Assembly (NCBI RefSeq): GCF_000341395.1 | Contig: NC_020304.1 | Span: 2,160,001 to 2,192,000 of the forward strand | Origin: Desulfocapsa sulfexigens DSM 10523 | Lineage (GTDB): Bacteria > Desulfobacterota > Desulfobulbia > Desulfobulbales > Desulfocapsaceae | Length of the DNA stretch: 32,000 nucleotides | Direction of reading: 5' to 3' | Shown here: positions 9,539 to 17,940 of the stretch, piece after piece | How the letters are laid out: the number at the start of each line of letters is the position of its first letter | How positions within the stretch are numbered: position 1 is the stretch's first letter | Notes under the pieces: model-generated | The model's input: only the letters and a program-made list of their open reading frames with translations | Databases searched by the model: none | Told to the model about the DNA's origin: nothing | Program-made: the position numbers and the translations under genes

Positions 9539-10582
9539 TTATTCAATTTCGACTCTATCTGTCAGTTTTTCACAAGAAACGATTTTCATCTCTTTTTCGA
9601 GAGCGGAAATTTGATCAGGTCTTCCAAGAACGATGAGTACATCTCCGGCGAGAAGAATACTGTCAGATGTGGGGTTAAAACTCATACCTTCTCCAGTTCG
9701 TTTAATGGCAATAACAATAATGTTGTATTTTTGCCGTAAATTCGACTCGATAAGAGTTTTGCCATTTATAAATGCATTTTCTGTGACCAGCATCTCATCG
9801 AGACGCAATCCCATATCACGGGTATATATAGCCAGGTCAATGAAGTCAGTGACATTAGGACGCAGCATAGCCTGGGCCATTCTACGGCCACCAATAAAAT
9901 AGGGGGAAATAACCTTATCAGCACCTGCTCGTCTTAATTTTGTTTCTGCACCTGTCGCCCCACTGGACCGGGCCAGTACCACGATTTTCGGGTTGATTCC
10001 TTTGGCAGTAAGAGTAATAAACACATTATCCGCATCTGAGGAGACAACAGCGATTAATGCCAAAGCTCGTTCTATCCCAGCTTTCTGTAGGGTGTCATCC
10101 TGTGATGCCTCTCCCTCCAATACAACATACTCTTTGGATAAAATCTTCTGGATTTCATCTGGATTCTTTTCAATAACAACGAATGGTTTGTTGCTTTCTT
10201 GCAATACCTGACAAATAACGCTGCCGATACGTCCATGCCCGCAGATAATGTAGTGATTATCCAATCTATTGAGTTGTTTTATCATTTGACGTTTCCCCAG
10301 GATTTCACGTAGGCCTCCTTCGACCATGGCTTCAACAATTTTAGTGAACATATACATAACAAAACTCACCCCAACCAGCACCAGTACTACGGTCAATAGT
10401 TTACCGGCAGGATGGTGCGGAACCATATCACCATAGCCAACGGTGGCCACAGTAATAATAGTCAGATAGAGTGCATCTGTAAAAGGATACCCCTCCAGAT
10501 ACATATATCCCAGAGTTCCCCCTGTGAGAATAAAAGTGAACCCAGAGAACAATAAGGTTACTTTTTTAGTTACTTCGCTCAT
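9539..10582 (-). CDS. Two-TM K+ channel with cytoplasmic RCK (TrkA-N / TrkA-C) gating domains, MthK/Kch-like
   Basis: 347 aa. The selectivity filter is TVATVGYGD. A Rossmann motif IICGHGRIG follows the pore. A TrkA-C-like tail is present (LRLDEMLVTENAFINGKTLIESNL...GDVLIVLG). Confidence 0.9.
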   Translation of the reverse strand: MSEVTKKVTLLFSGFTFILTGGTLGYMYLEGYPFTDALYLTIITVATVGYGDMVPHHPAGKLLTVVLVLVGVSFVMYMFTKIVEAMVEGGLREILGKRQMIKQLNRLDNHYIICGHGRIGSVICQVLQESNKPFVVIEKNPDEIQKILSKEYVVLEGEASQDDTLQKAGIERALALIAVVSSDADNVFITLTAKGINPKIVVLARSSGATGAETKLRRAGADKVISPYFIGGRRMAQAMLRPNVTDFIDLAIYTRDMGLRLDEMLVTENAFINGKTLIESNLRQKYNIIVIAIKRTGEGMSFNPTSDSILLAGDVLIVLGRPDQISALEKEMKIVSCEKLTDRVEIE

Positions 10583-10646
10583 TTGCTTTTAGTCTTTCTC
10601 CCCTTAGTATTTTTAGGATAAAAAACAATTTGGTATCAATTCACTG

Positions 10647-11702
10647 TCACTTGTCGCGCAGTAGAAGCTCGTATGCCTCAGTAAGACGAATAAACTTTTC
10701 CTGATCCCCACCCGTATCTGGATGGAGGGCCTTTGCTTTGGTACGGTACAATCGTGTGATTTCTTTTTTGTCAGCTTTTCTGAGGCTCTCTTCCGATTCT
10801 TCAAAAATTGCAGATATGTCATCTTTGCGGATAGTATTTTTTCTTTCCGGCCACCTAAACCCTCGGTGCCCGTCCATGAATTCTCTGGCCTGAGCGAATC
10901 TTCTGTTTCGATGTGGAAAACTTGAATCAAAAAAGAGAATAAGATAGCGAATCAGGTAATCGGGGAGGGCGTCGTAATTGGTTCGCTCCTGCCAGAAATC
11001 CTTATTTTTGTTCAGAAGGCAAAACTCCTCCATAAAGGCCTCGTCTATTTTCTCAGGTTCCAGGGCTTGAGGGATGCTTCGTGCATATGCCTCGGTGAAG
11101 TGTTTCTGCAGGTTGAGTGCGGTATAGAGGTAGGATTTTAATTCATGCTCACGAAGACGGGCTTCCTCTTCCAGAAAATACTGTTCAAGTTCATCACGTG
11201 ATCGGTTGAGGAGTTTTGCCTCAAGACGGGCAGGCATCTGCAGAGTGCTCCCCTGGTCGGTTGAACCAAAACGGAGAAAATGGAGCCGTCGTTTGTCAAA
11301 GGAGTGAGCAGGGCGCCCGTCAAAAGAGAGCAATTGTATCCCTGGTTTGAAGCGGGTGCTACGATTGGCCCGTGAAAAGAAATGCTCCATTTTGCGTTGT
11401 ACGGTTGGGTCTACAAAGGGCCATAGCAGTTGCTCCAGCTCTGGTTCCATGTCACGACCACAAAGTTTTTCAATATGGTGTACAAGGTCTGTATCCAGAT
11501 GGAAACAGGTATTATTGGGGTAGTGCAGGAAATTTTCCGGTGCGTATCCAAGATCAATTAATTCGGTTGTGCGAAAACAGTTTTCTTCAGCGTTCCAGTA
11601 AGCGAGTCGGAGGCTGTAGCGGGTGGGACTGCTGAGTACACTCCGGGACAGGTAAAGTGTTGGTTCCGGTTCACCGGGTTTTTGTAAGCTTTTAGTTGCC
11701 AC
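10647..11702 (-). CDS. Hypothetical protein with a C-terminal J domain (DnaJ-like, HPD motif)
   Basis: 351 aa. The last ~60 aa, ...KKEITRLYRTKAKALHPDTGGDQEKFIRLTEAYELLLRDK, form a J-domain helix II/HPD/helix III pattern. I do not recognise the ~290-aa N-terminal part. The GTG start overlaps the hemH 3' end by 11 nt. Confidence 0.75.
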   Translation of the reverse strand: MATKSLQKPGEPEPTLYLSRSVLSSPTRYSLRLAYWNAEENCFRTTELIDLGYAPENFLHYPNNTCFHLDTDLVHHIEKLCGRDMEPELEQLLWPFVDPTVQRKMEHFFSRANRSTRFKPGIQLLSFDGRPAHSFDKRRLHFLRFGSTDQGSTLQMPARLEAKLLNRSRDELEQYFLEEEARLREHELKSYLYTALNLQKHFTEAYARSIPQALEPEKIDEAFMEEFCLLNKNKDFWQERTNYDALPDYLIRYLILFFDSSFPHRNRRFAQAREFMDGHRGFRWPERKNTIRKDDISAIFEESEESLRKADKKEITRLYRTKAKALHPDTGGDQEKFIRLTEAYELLLRDK

Positions 11703-12645
11703 TTGTCAGGATAAGATTTTTTAACCCGTCAATAAAGGTTGGGTTGCAGTTGAGTGATTGAGAGGACTCAAGGCGCATTCCAAGTGCCTTGGCCTGGTCG
11801 CGGTAGAGCATGTCAATCTCATAAAGTGTTTCCACATGGTCCGAGACAAAACTGATGGGCACCATAAGAATATTTTTGCACCCTTTTTGGGCAAGGCCTT
11901 GGAGCATGTCGGGTGTTGATGGCGCCAGCCATTCGACGGGGCCTGATTTGCTCTGGAAACAGAGTTCTCCAGGAAGATTTGTTATCTTCTCAATTTCTGT
12001 AATAGTGGCCTTAATATGATCGACGTATGGATCTCCCTCATCAATAAAAGAAACGGGGAGGCTATGAGCACTGTAGACGACCTGTGGCTGGTCAGGGGTA
12101 AAAGAGTTTGCCGTTTCAAGTATGTTGTGAGCCAGGGTTTGTATAAATTCAGGTTGGGTTGGCCAGGATTCTATGACTCTGAGGGAAAAGTCGTTTCCAG
12201 AACGGCTAATGGCCCGTTTGAGTTCCTGCACTGACGAACCAGTAGTGGCACATGAGTAGTGGGGGTAGAGTGCCAGAGCGATTATTGTAGTGATCCCCTT
12301 ATCGGCCAGTTTTTTTAAGGCGCTATCGCTATCGGGGTACCAGTAGCGCATGGCACATACTACCGTGTAGTTGCCGTGTTCGCGAAGTGCATTTTGAAGT
12401 GCTTTCGCCTGATCACTGGTGATGGTGGTGAGTGGCGATCCTCCACCAATTTTTTCATAGGTTCTCATGCTTTTTGGAGCCCGTCTTTTGGCGATGAGCC
12501 AGGCCAGTGGCTTTTGCATGAAGGATGGCCCGAGGCGAATGATATCCCGATCTGAAAAAAGATTGTAAAGAAAAGGGCGCACGTCAGCGAGTTTCTCTGG
12601 CCCGCCCATATTGAGAAGTACAACACCTGTTTGTTCTATTGTCAT
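11692..12645 (-). CDS. hemH: Ferrochelatase
   Basis: 317 aa. The N-terminus is GVVLLNMGGPEKLADVRPFLYNLFSD. Other motifs are YPHYSCATTGSS, SAHSLPVSF and VPISFVSDHVETLYEID. Confidence 0.93.
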   Translation of the reverse strand: MTIEQTGVVLLNMGGPEKLADVRPFLYNLFSDRDIIRLGPSFMQKPLAWLIAKRRAPKSMRTYEKIGGGSPLTTITSDQAKALQNALREHGNYTVVCAMRYWYPDSDSALKKLADKGITTIIALALYPHYSCATTGSSVQELKRAISRSGNDFSLRVIESWPTQPEFIQTLAHNILETANSFTPDQPQVVYSAHSLPVSFIDEGDPYVDHIKATITEIEKITNLPGELCFQSKSGPVEWLAPSTPDMLQGLAQKGCKNILMVPISFVSDHVETLYEIDMLYRDQAKALGMRLESSQSLNCNPTFIDGLKNLILTSGN

Positions 12646-12761
12646 CGCAGTTACCGTGTTTTATGCAAGAGTGAAAGGGTCTACTAAAAACCTGCTTGCA
12701 TCTTTATAACAGGTAGCAGGGTGGCAGAGAAGAGAAATGATTATGATTGGCTGATTGTTTA

Positions 12762-12770
12762 ATTATAACA
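12762..12770 (-). promoter_or_regulatory. Candidate extended -10 promoter for the hemH operon
   Basis: The minus strand reads TGTTATAAT (TGn + consensus TATAAT) about 115 nt upstream of the hemH ATG. No good -35 is present. Confidence 0.35.
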
Positions 12771-12774
12771 TTTC

Positions 12775-12802
12775 TTGATTATCTGCGGATAGAACATATA
12801 AT
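12775..12802 (+). promoter_or_regulatory. Candidate sigma-70 promoter, back-to-back with the hemH promoter, driving a ~280-nt leader of the HPF-CSD gene
   Basis: TTGATT (12775-12780), a 16-nt spacer, then consensus TATAAT (12797-12802). Confidence 0.5.
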
Positions 12803-13088
12803 AAGGGTAAGGTGTGCTTTTGCTGCTCGGGGTGTGTTGAAAGCAGAAGTTCTTTTAGAGTATGTCTTCACCCCGTGACAGGAACCATGCCAGGGAGCGT
12901 ATTTACGGATACGTTTGGTGATGATGATTTGTCATTGGCGGATCATCATTGTAGCTTGCACTGGCAAGCAGTAAGTGAGGATGGAATAAGTATCCTGTTA
13001 CCGCTTGTCAGGGCTTGGTGTTGTGCCGAACCTGCTTCCTTCCTTTGCTGTGGGAGAAACAGTGTAAGGCACTAAATGGAGGAACCGT

Positions 13089-13625
13089 ATGGATCTAAAG
13101 GTTGAAACCCGGAATGTTGAGTTGCGAAAAGGCTGGCAGATAAAGATTGATGAAGAAAAAGAAAAGCTGATCCGACATTTTGCCAATTTCGTTCTCCGCC
13201 TCCGTGTCTCCATCGAGGCAACGACTCATCATAAGGAGGGTGGTTATGAGTTAAAACTTGTAGCATCCGTTCCCAATGATACCGTTGTTGTGAGTAGAAA
13301 AGGGGAGAATGTGAGTCCCCTGCTGGTAGAAGCGTTTGATGTCCTTAATTTGCAGATGAAGGAGATGCAGCGTAAGAAGCGACAAGCCCAGAAGAACACT
13401 GACGCTTCAGCTGATGAGGGTGCGCGGTATGGTGTGATTCGTAAAGTATCTCCCTATGAGTCCTATGGGTTTATTGTAAGTCAGGATGCCCGGGAAATTT
13501 ATTTTCATGAGAATGCCTTGAAGGATATCTCCATTGACGCACTCACTGAAGGTGATGCTGTTGTGTACGGTGAGAGTTTTGGCGATAAGGGACCTCAGGC
13601 ATCATGGGTTCGTATGAATAACTGA
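13089..13625 (+). CDS. Ribosome hibernation factor (HPF/RaiA/YfiA family) N-terminal domain fused to a C-terminal cold-shock (CSD/OB) domain
   Basis: 178 aa with a strong SD (GGAGGA). The N-terminal ~100 aa follow the HPF pattern (MDLKVETRNVEL...KIDEEKEKLIRHF...VSIE...YELKLVASVPNDTVVVSRKGENVSPLLVEAFDVLNLQMKEMQRKK). The C-terminus GVIRKV..ESYGFIVSQDAREIYFHENAL...LTEGDAVVY....GDKGPQASWV aligns by eye with CspA (GIVKWF..KGFGFI...DVFVHFSAI...LDEGQKV......KGPAAGNV). Confidence 0.75.
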   Translation: MDLKVETRNVELRKGWQIKIDEEKEKLIRHFANFVLRLRVSIEATTHHKEGGYELKLVASVPNDTVVVSRKGENVSPLLVEAFDVLNLQMKEMQRKKRQAQKNTDASADEGARYGVIRKVSPYESYGFIVSQDAREIYFHENALKDISIDALTEGDAVVYGESFGDKGPQASWVRMNN

Positions 13626-13650
13626 TAGTTTATAAAATATATGTTTTTCC

Positions 13651-13691
13651 AGGCCCAGTGCTGATCATTCAGTACTGGGCCTTTCTTTTTT
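13651..13691 (+). terminator. Rho-independent terminator of the HPF-CSD gene
   Basis: AGGCCCAGTGCTGA-TCAT-TCAGTACTGGGCCT (about 14-bp stem) followed by TTCTTTTTT. Confidence 0.85.
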
Positions 13692-13809
13692 GGCCGCGGA
13701 ATGGTAAAAAATAGATTCCATATTAGGGCAGGATATAGCTGCCGTATTGAGTTTCATATTATATTTATTTGAAATGATTAACATACATCATCATAGAAGG
13801 AGTTAGCTG

Positions 13810-14910
13810 ATGCTTCTACAGCAGCAGGATATTGGGTCTGAGTATTACAGTCTTGACCGGAAAGAAATAGTTGAGCGGATTGCTGCGAGAAAGCACGAGC
13901 TTGCTGATAATTTACTGATTCTCTGTCATCATTACCAGCAGCAGGATCTGTTTCAGTTTGCAGACCTCACCGGAGACTCTCTGAAACTGGCCAAGGATGC
14001 TGCTGCAATCAGTGATAAGGAATTTCTGATTTTCTGTGGAGTCCATTTTATGGCCGAATCTGCTGATATTCTGGCGAATGTTAACCAGAAGGTTCTTCTT
14101 CCCCATCTGCATGCCGGTTGTCCCATGGCTGATATGGCCACGGTGGGTGCCGTGAGCCAGGCCTATACGGAATTATTGAGTGTGGGGATTATGGCCGATG
14201 AAAAAGATATGGTTCCCGTGACCTACGTGAATTCCTCTGCAGCAATAAAGGCTTTTGTCGGCGAACGGGAGGGCTCCGTCTGCACTTCATCCAATGGCGA
14301 AAAGGTTCTCAAGTGGGCACTTGCCAAGGGGGAGAAAGTTTTCTTCTTTCCCGATGAACATCTTGGCCGTAATTCGGCAGCAGCACTTGGTGTTCCCGAT
14401 GAACAGGTGCTTCTCTGGCGGCGTGGAGAAATTCTGGGTGGAAACTCGGTGGCCGATCTTCGACGGGCAAAAATTCTTCTCTGGGATGGATACTGCGAAG
14501 TACATATGCGTTTTCTGCCGGATCATGTTCGTCAGTGGAAGCTCAGGGAACCTGATATTCAAATTATTGCTCATCCTGAATGTCCCCGGGATGTTGTGAG
14601 TATTGCTGATCAGTATGGCTCCACTGAAACTATAATCTCAGCTGTGAGAAATTCGCCTTCCGGCAGTAAATGGGCCATAGCCACCGAGATTAATCTAGTT
14701 GAGCGTTTGAAGCGTGAACATCCGGACAAGGATATCCATCTGCTGGCTCCCACCTCCTGTCAATGTACTACCATGGATTGCAATCAACCTGTTAACCTGC
14801 TTTGGCTTCTCGACAATCTTGCACATGGCAAGGTGAAAAATCAGATCACCGTGGAGAAAAAAATTGCGAAATCAGCCTCACTTGCACTTGAGCAGATGCT
14901 GGCCATTTAG
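13810..14910 (+). CDS. nadA: Quinolinate synthase
   Basis: 366 aa with SD AAGGAG. Motifs include LILCHHYQ, DSLKLAK, FCGVHFMAESADIL, YVNSSA, FFPDEHLG, AHPECP and a CQCTTM cysteine region. Confidence 0.9.
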   Translation: MLLQQQDIGSEYYSLDRKEIVERIAARKHELADNLLILCHHYQQQDLFQFADLTGDSLKLAKDAAAISDKEFLIFCGVHFMAESADILANVNQKVLLPHLHAGCPMADMATVGAVSQAYTELLSVGIMADEKDMVPVTYVNSSAAIKAFVGEREGSVCTSSNGEKVLKWALAKGEKVFFFPDEHLGRNSAAALGVPDEQVLLWRRGEILGGNSVADLRRAKILLWDGYCEVHMRFLPDHVRQWKLREPDIQIIAHPECPRDVVSIADQYGSTETIISAVRNSPSGSKWAIATEINLVERLKREHPDKDIHLLAPTSCQCTTMDCNQPVNLLWLLDNLAHGKVKNQITVEKKIAKSASLALEQMLAI

Positions 14911-14920
14911 GATCCGTTAC

Positions 14921-15001
14921 AAAATAACATGGTTATTTCTATCAATTTCGTTACGGAGCCTTATGCCGCTCCGGACGATAAGATGGCCATGTTATTTTTT
15001 T
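14921..15001 (+). terminator. Nested stem structure ending in a T-run after nadA (possible terminator or attenuator)
   Basis: AAAATAACATGG (14921-14932) is the exact reverse complement of CCATGTTATTTT (14987-14998), which is followed by TTT. The enclosed hairpin is CGGAGC/GCTCCG (14954-14973). A competing local hairpin AAATAAC-ATG-GTTATTT sits at 14922-14938. Confidence 0.4.
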
Positions 15002-15015
15002 ACAGCGGCTTAGGC

Positions 15016-15043
15016 TGAAGACTGAAGACTTGAAGTCGAAGAC
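15016..15043. repeat. Four tandem copies of the heptamer TGAAGAC (third copy TGAAGTC, last copy truncated)
   Basis: The sequence is read directly as TGAAGAC TGAAGAC T TGAAGTC GAAGAC, about 95 nt upstream of the polA start. Confidence 0.8.
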
Positions 15044-15137
15044 TGGTAGTAGGAAATAACTCAAAATTCTTCAAACCATCCCTTTCAATCTGTAGTTTTT
15101 TTAGTCTGTAACCTTTTTTACTCTATGAGGAAAATCT

Positions 15138-17810
15138 GTGACCGAAGAAGTATATCTTGTTGATGGCAGTGCCTATATTTATCGTGCTTATCATGCCGTG
15201 GCGCCCCTGAGCAATGCCGAAGGCATGCCCACCCATGCTGTTTTTGGGTTTTTAAATATCCTGAAGCGGCTCTTAAAAGACAAACAGCCCAAATACCTTG
15301 CCGTTGCCTTTGATATGAGAGGCAAAGTGTTTCGTCACGAAATTTATCCAGAATATAAGGCAAACCGACCACCAATGCCCGATGATCTTGCGGTACAGAT
15401 TCCTTATATTAAGGAACTGGTACATGCCATGAATATTCCCTGTTTTGAGATTGAGGGGATAGAAGCAGATGATATTATTGCTGCCGCTGTCAAGGTTCTG
15501 AGCGGCCAGGAGCGAAAAATCGTTGTGGTATCCGGTGATAAAGATCTGTTGCAACTGGTGGATGATACGGTTGTGATGTGGGATCCGATGAAGAATAAGG
15601 TGATGGATAGTGATGCAGTTGAAGAGAAGTACCATGTGAAACCTGAGCAACTGCTTGATTGCTATTCACTTATGGGAGATAGTTCCGATAATGTGCCTGG
15701 GGTTCCCGGGGTTGGCCCTAAAACTGCTGAAAAGCTTATCAATGAGCATGGAACACTTGAAGGTGTATATGAAGCTTTAGGTAGTATGAAAAAATCAAAA
15801 CTCAGGGAGCGTCTCGAAGAAAACAGAGACAAGGCTTTTCTATCAAGGGAGTTGATTCGCTTAAAGGATGATGTCGATGTTCCTTCCCGTCTTTCCGGGT
15901 ATTTACCTAAGAGTCCCGATGAGGCACTGTTGAACGATCTCTACACCAGGCTTGGGTTCAGCAGTATGGTGAAGATTGAAAGTAAGGCTGTTCCGATTCC
16001 GACAGAAGGGTTTAAGCTGGTACGGACTGAAGATGAGTTGCAGAGTGTTGTGACCTCTCTCCAGGGTGCTGATCTTCTGGTGATCGATACCGAGACAAGT
16101 TCACTGGATGTCTCCCGGGCCACACTCGTTGGGATTTCGCTGTGTACAGACCTTCAGTCATCCTGGTATATTCCAGTTGGACATTGTGCAGAGGATGGCA
16201 GTCTGGCGGCGGGACAGCTACCAGCGTCCACTGTGATTGAGGCGCTCAGGCCGTATCTTGAATCTACCAGCTTACCTAAGCTTGGACATAATATTAAGTA
16301 TGACTATTCGATATTAAAGAAATCCTGCAATCTCAGCCTGAAAGGGCCGTTGTATGATTCCATGATCGCAGCCTATCTTATTGAATCGGGCAGAAGGTCC
16401 CTGAAACTCGACGATCTTTGCCTCGAGCATGGCCTTGCCTTAACCCCCTTTGACCAGGTTGTGGAGGATACCAAAAAAGAAAATTGTTTCGCATATGTTC
16501 CCATTGACCAGGCATGTAAATACAGCTGTGAAGATGTGTACGGGGCCTTACTGCTCTGGCAAAGCTATGAGCCACAGTTGAAAGAGCTTGAGCAGCTTGA
16601 GTTGTTTCTTGGAGTGGAGACTCCCCTTGTTCCAATTCTAGCGGATATGGAACTTGAGGGGATTACAGTCTCAAAAGCAGTCCTTGGGCAACTTGAAAAG
16701 GAGTTCCAAACAGAGCTTGATGCCCTGGAGGGTGAGATCTGCGCACTTGCCGGTTACAATTTTAATATTCAGTCTCCCAAGCAACTGGGGGTTCTTCTTT
16801 TTGAGGAGCTGGATTTGCCCCATGGCCGTAAAACAAAAACTGGTTATTCCACTGACATGAAGGTCCTGGAGAAGCTGGCTCCCAAGCATGAAATTCCGGC
16901 AAAGATTATGCGGTATCGCATTCTGGCAAAACTCCAATCTACCTACGTAAAGAAGCTGAAAAAATTGATAGATCCCGATTCCGGAAGGGTTCATACATCC
17001 TTTAATCAAACGGTTACAGCAACAGGCCGGTTGTCATCGAGCAACCCCAATATGCAGAATATTCCTATTCGCACAGAAGAGGGGAATCGTATCCGGCATG
17101 CCTTCGTTCCGGCCAAGGGCCTAGTGTTTCTCTCGGCAGACTATTCACAGATCGATCTTCGAGTCCTGGCCCATTATTCTCAGGATGCTGCTCTTTTGCA
17201 CGCTTTTCGTAACGGGGAAGACATTCATGCCCGTACTGCTGCAGAACTCTTTGCCGTGTCACCTCTGCTTCTCACCTCAGAGATGCGCAGGGTGGCCAAA
17301 TCCATTAACTTTGGGATCGTGTATGGTATGTCCAGTTTCGGGCTCTCAAATCAGTTGAATATCAGTCGCAGGGAGGCCAGCAGGTTTATTGAAAAATATT
17401 TTCATCTCTATGGTGGTGTGAAAACATTTATGGAAAAAGTGGTGGAGCAGGCACGTATCGATGAATATGTTACCACTCTGCTCAATCGAAGAAGGATGCT
17501 CCCGGAAATTAATGTGAAAAACAAGACACAAAGGGAGTTTGCCGAACGCACAGCTATTAACACTCCGATTCAGGGGAGTGCCGCTGACATTATCAAGCTC
17601 GCCATGGTTAAAGTTGTTCCGGCCTTACAGCGCGAAAATCTGTCGGCCAGGTTGTTGCTGCAGATTCACGATGAACTTGTTTTTGAACTTCCAGAAAGTG
17701 AACTGAAAGAAACCCAGGAAGTGGTTAGGGATTCCATGGAAGGAGCATTGCAACTTGATGTACCGCTGATTGTGAATTTTGAAATTGGTAAGAGTCTGGC
17801 GAAAAGTTGA
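15138..17810 (+). CDS. polA: DNA polymerase I (5'-3' exonuclease, 3'-5' exonuclease and polymerase domains)
   Basis: 890 aa with a GTG start and SD GAGGA. The N-terminus is LVDGSAYIYRAYHA. The exonuclease region contains LVIDTETSSLD. The polymerase motifs are A (ADYSQIDLRVLAH), B (RRVAKSINFGIVYGMS) and C (LQIHDELVFE). Confidence 0.97.
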   Translation: MTEEVYLVDGSAYIYRAYHAVAPLSNAEGMPTHAVFGFLNILKRLLKDKQPKYLAVAFDMRGKVFRHEIYPEYKANRPPMPDDLAVQIPYIKELVHAMNIPCFEIEGIEADDIIAAAVKVLSGQERKIVVVSGDKDLLQLVDDTVVMWDPMKNKVMDSDAVEEKYHVKPEQLLDCYSLMGDSSDNVPGVPGVGPKTAEKLINEHGTLEGVYEALGSMKKSKLRERLEENRDKAFLSRELIRLKDDVDVPSRLSGYLPKSPDEALLNDLYTRLGFSSMVKIESKAVPIPTEGFKLVRTEDELQSVVTSLQGADLLVIDTETSSLDVSRATLVGISLCTDLQSSWYIPVGHCAEDGSLAAGQLPASTVIEALRPYLESTSLPKLGHNIKYDYSILKKSCNLSLKGPLYDSMIAAYLIESGRRSLKLDDLCLEHGLALTPFDQVVEDTKKENCFAYVPIDQACKYSCEDVYGALLLWQSYEPQLKELEQLELFLGVETPLVPILADMELEGITVSKAVLGQLEKEFQTELDALEGEICALAGYNFNIQSPKQLGVLLFEELDLPHGRKTKTGYSTDMKVLEKLAPKHEIPAKIMRYRILAKLQSTYVKKLKKLIDPDSGRVHTSFNQTVTATGRLSSSNPNMQNIPIRTEEGNRIRHAFVPAKGLVFLSADYSQIDLRVLAHYSQDAALLHAFRNGEDIHARTAAELFAVSPLLLTSEMRRVAKSINFGIVYGMSSFGLSNQLNISRREASRFIEKYFHLYGGVKTFMEKVVEQARIDEYVTTLLNRRRMLPEINVKNKTQREFAERTAINTPIQGSAADIIKLAMVKVVPALQRENLSARLLLQIHDELVFELPESELKETQEVVRDSMEGALQLDVPLIVNFEIGKSLAKS

Positions 17811-17887
17811 TGTATCATTTGTAAATCAGTCTCCATGCCATTACTCCCAGCGTAGGCACGGTGCTTCTTGGGAAGAAAAATACACAC

Positions 17888-17930
17888 CCAACACCGGCAA
17901 ACGGTTAGTGAGTCGGTGTTGGTTTGTTTG
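17888..17930. terminator. Bidirectional terminator between the convergent polA and gltA
   Basis: CCAACACCG (17888-17896) pairs with CGGTGTTGG (17914-17922). TTTGTTTG follows on the plus strand. An A-run lies upstream (T-run on the minus strand). Confidence 0.6.
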
Positions 17931-17940
17931 AAACACTGTT

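Noticed and set aside
13008-13045. SRP (4.5S) RNA-like strings: GTCAGG on the plus strand and GGAAGGAAGCAGG on the minus strand.
   Set aside because: In genuine SRP RNA, GUCAGG and GGAAGGAAGCAGC lie on the same strand around a GGAA tetraloop. Here they are on opposite strands, and no domain IV helix can be drawn.
12812-13075. An 87-aa Cys-rich ORF (MCFCCSGCVESRSS...) that fills the HPF-CSD leader and starts at GTG, 3 nt after the predicted transcription start.
   Set aside because: It has no SD and I recognise no family. It uses several AGA/AGG/ATA codons. Its sequence coincides with the hairpin-rich leader, so an RNA-level explanation seems more likely. A leaderless Cys-rich peptide cannot be formally excluded without ribosome profiling.
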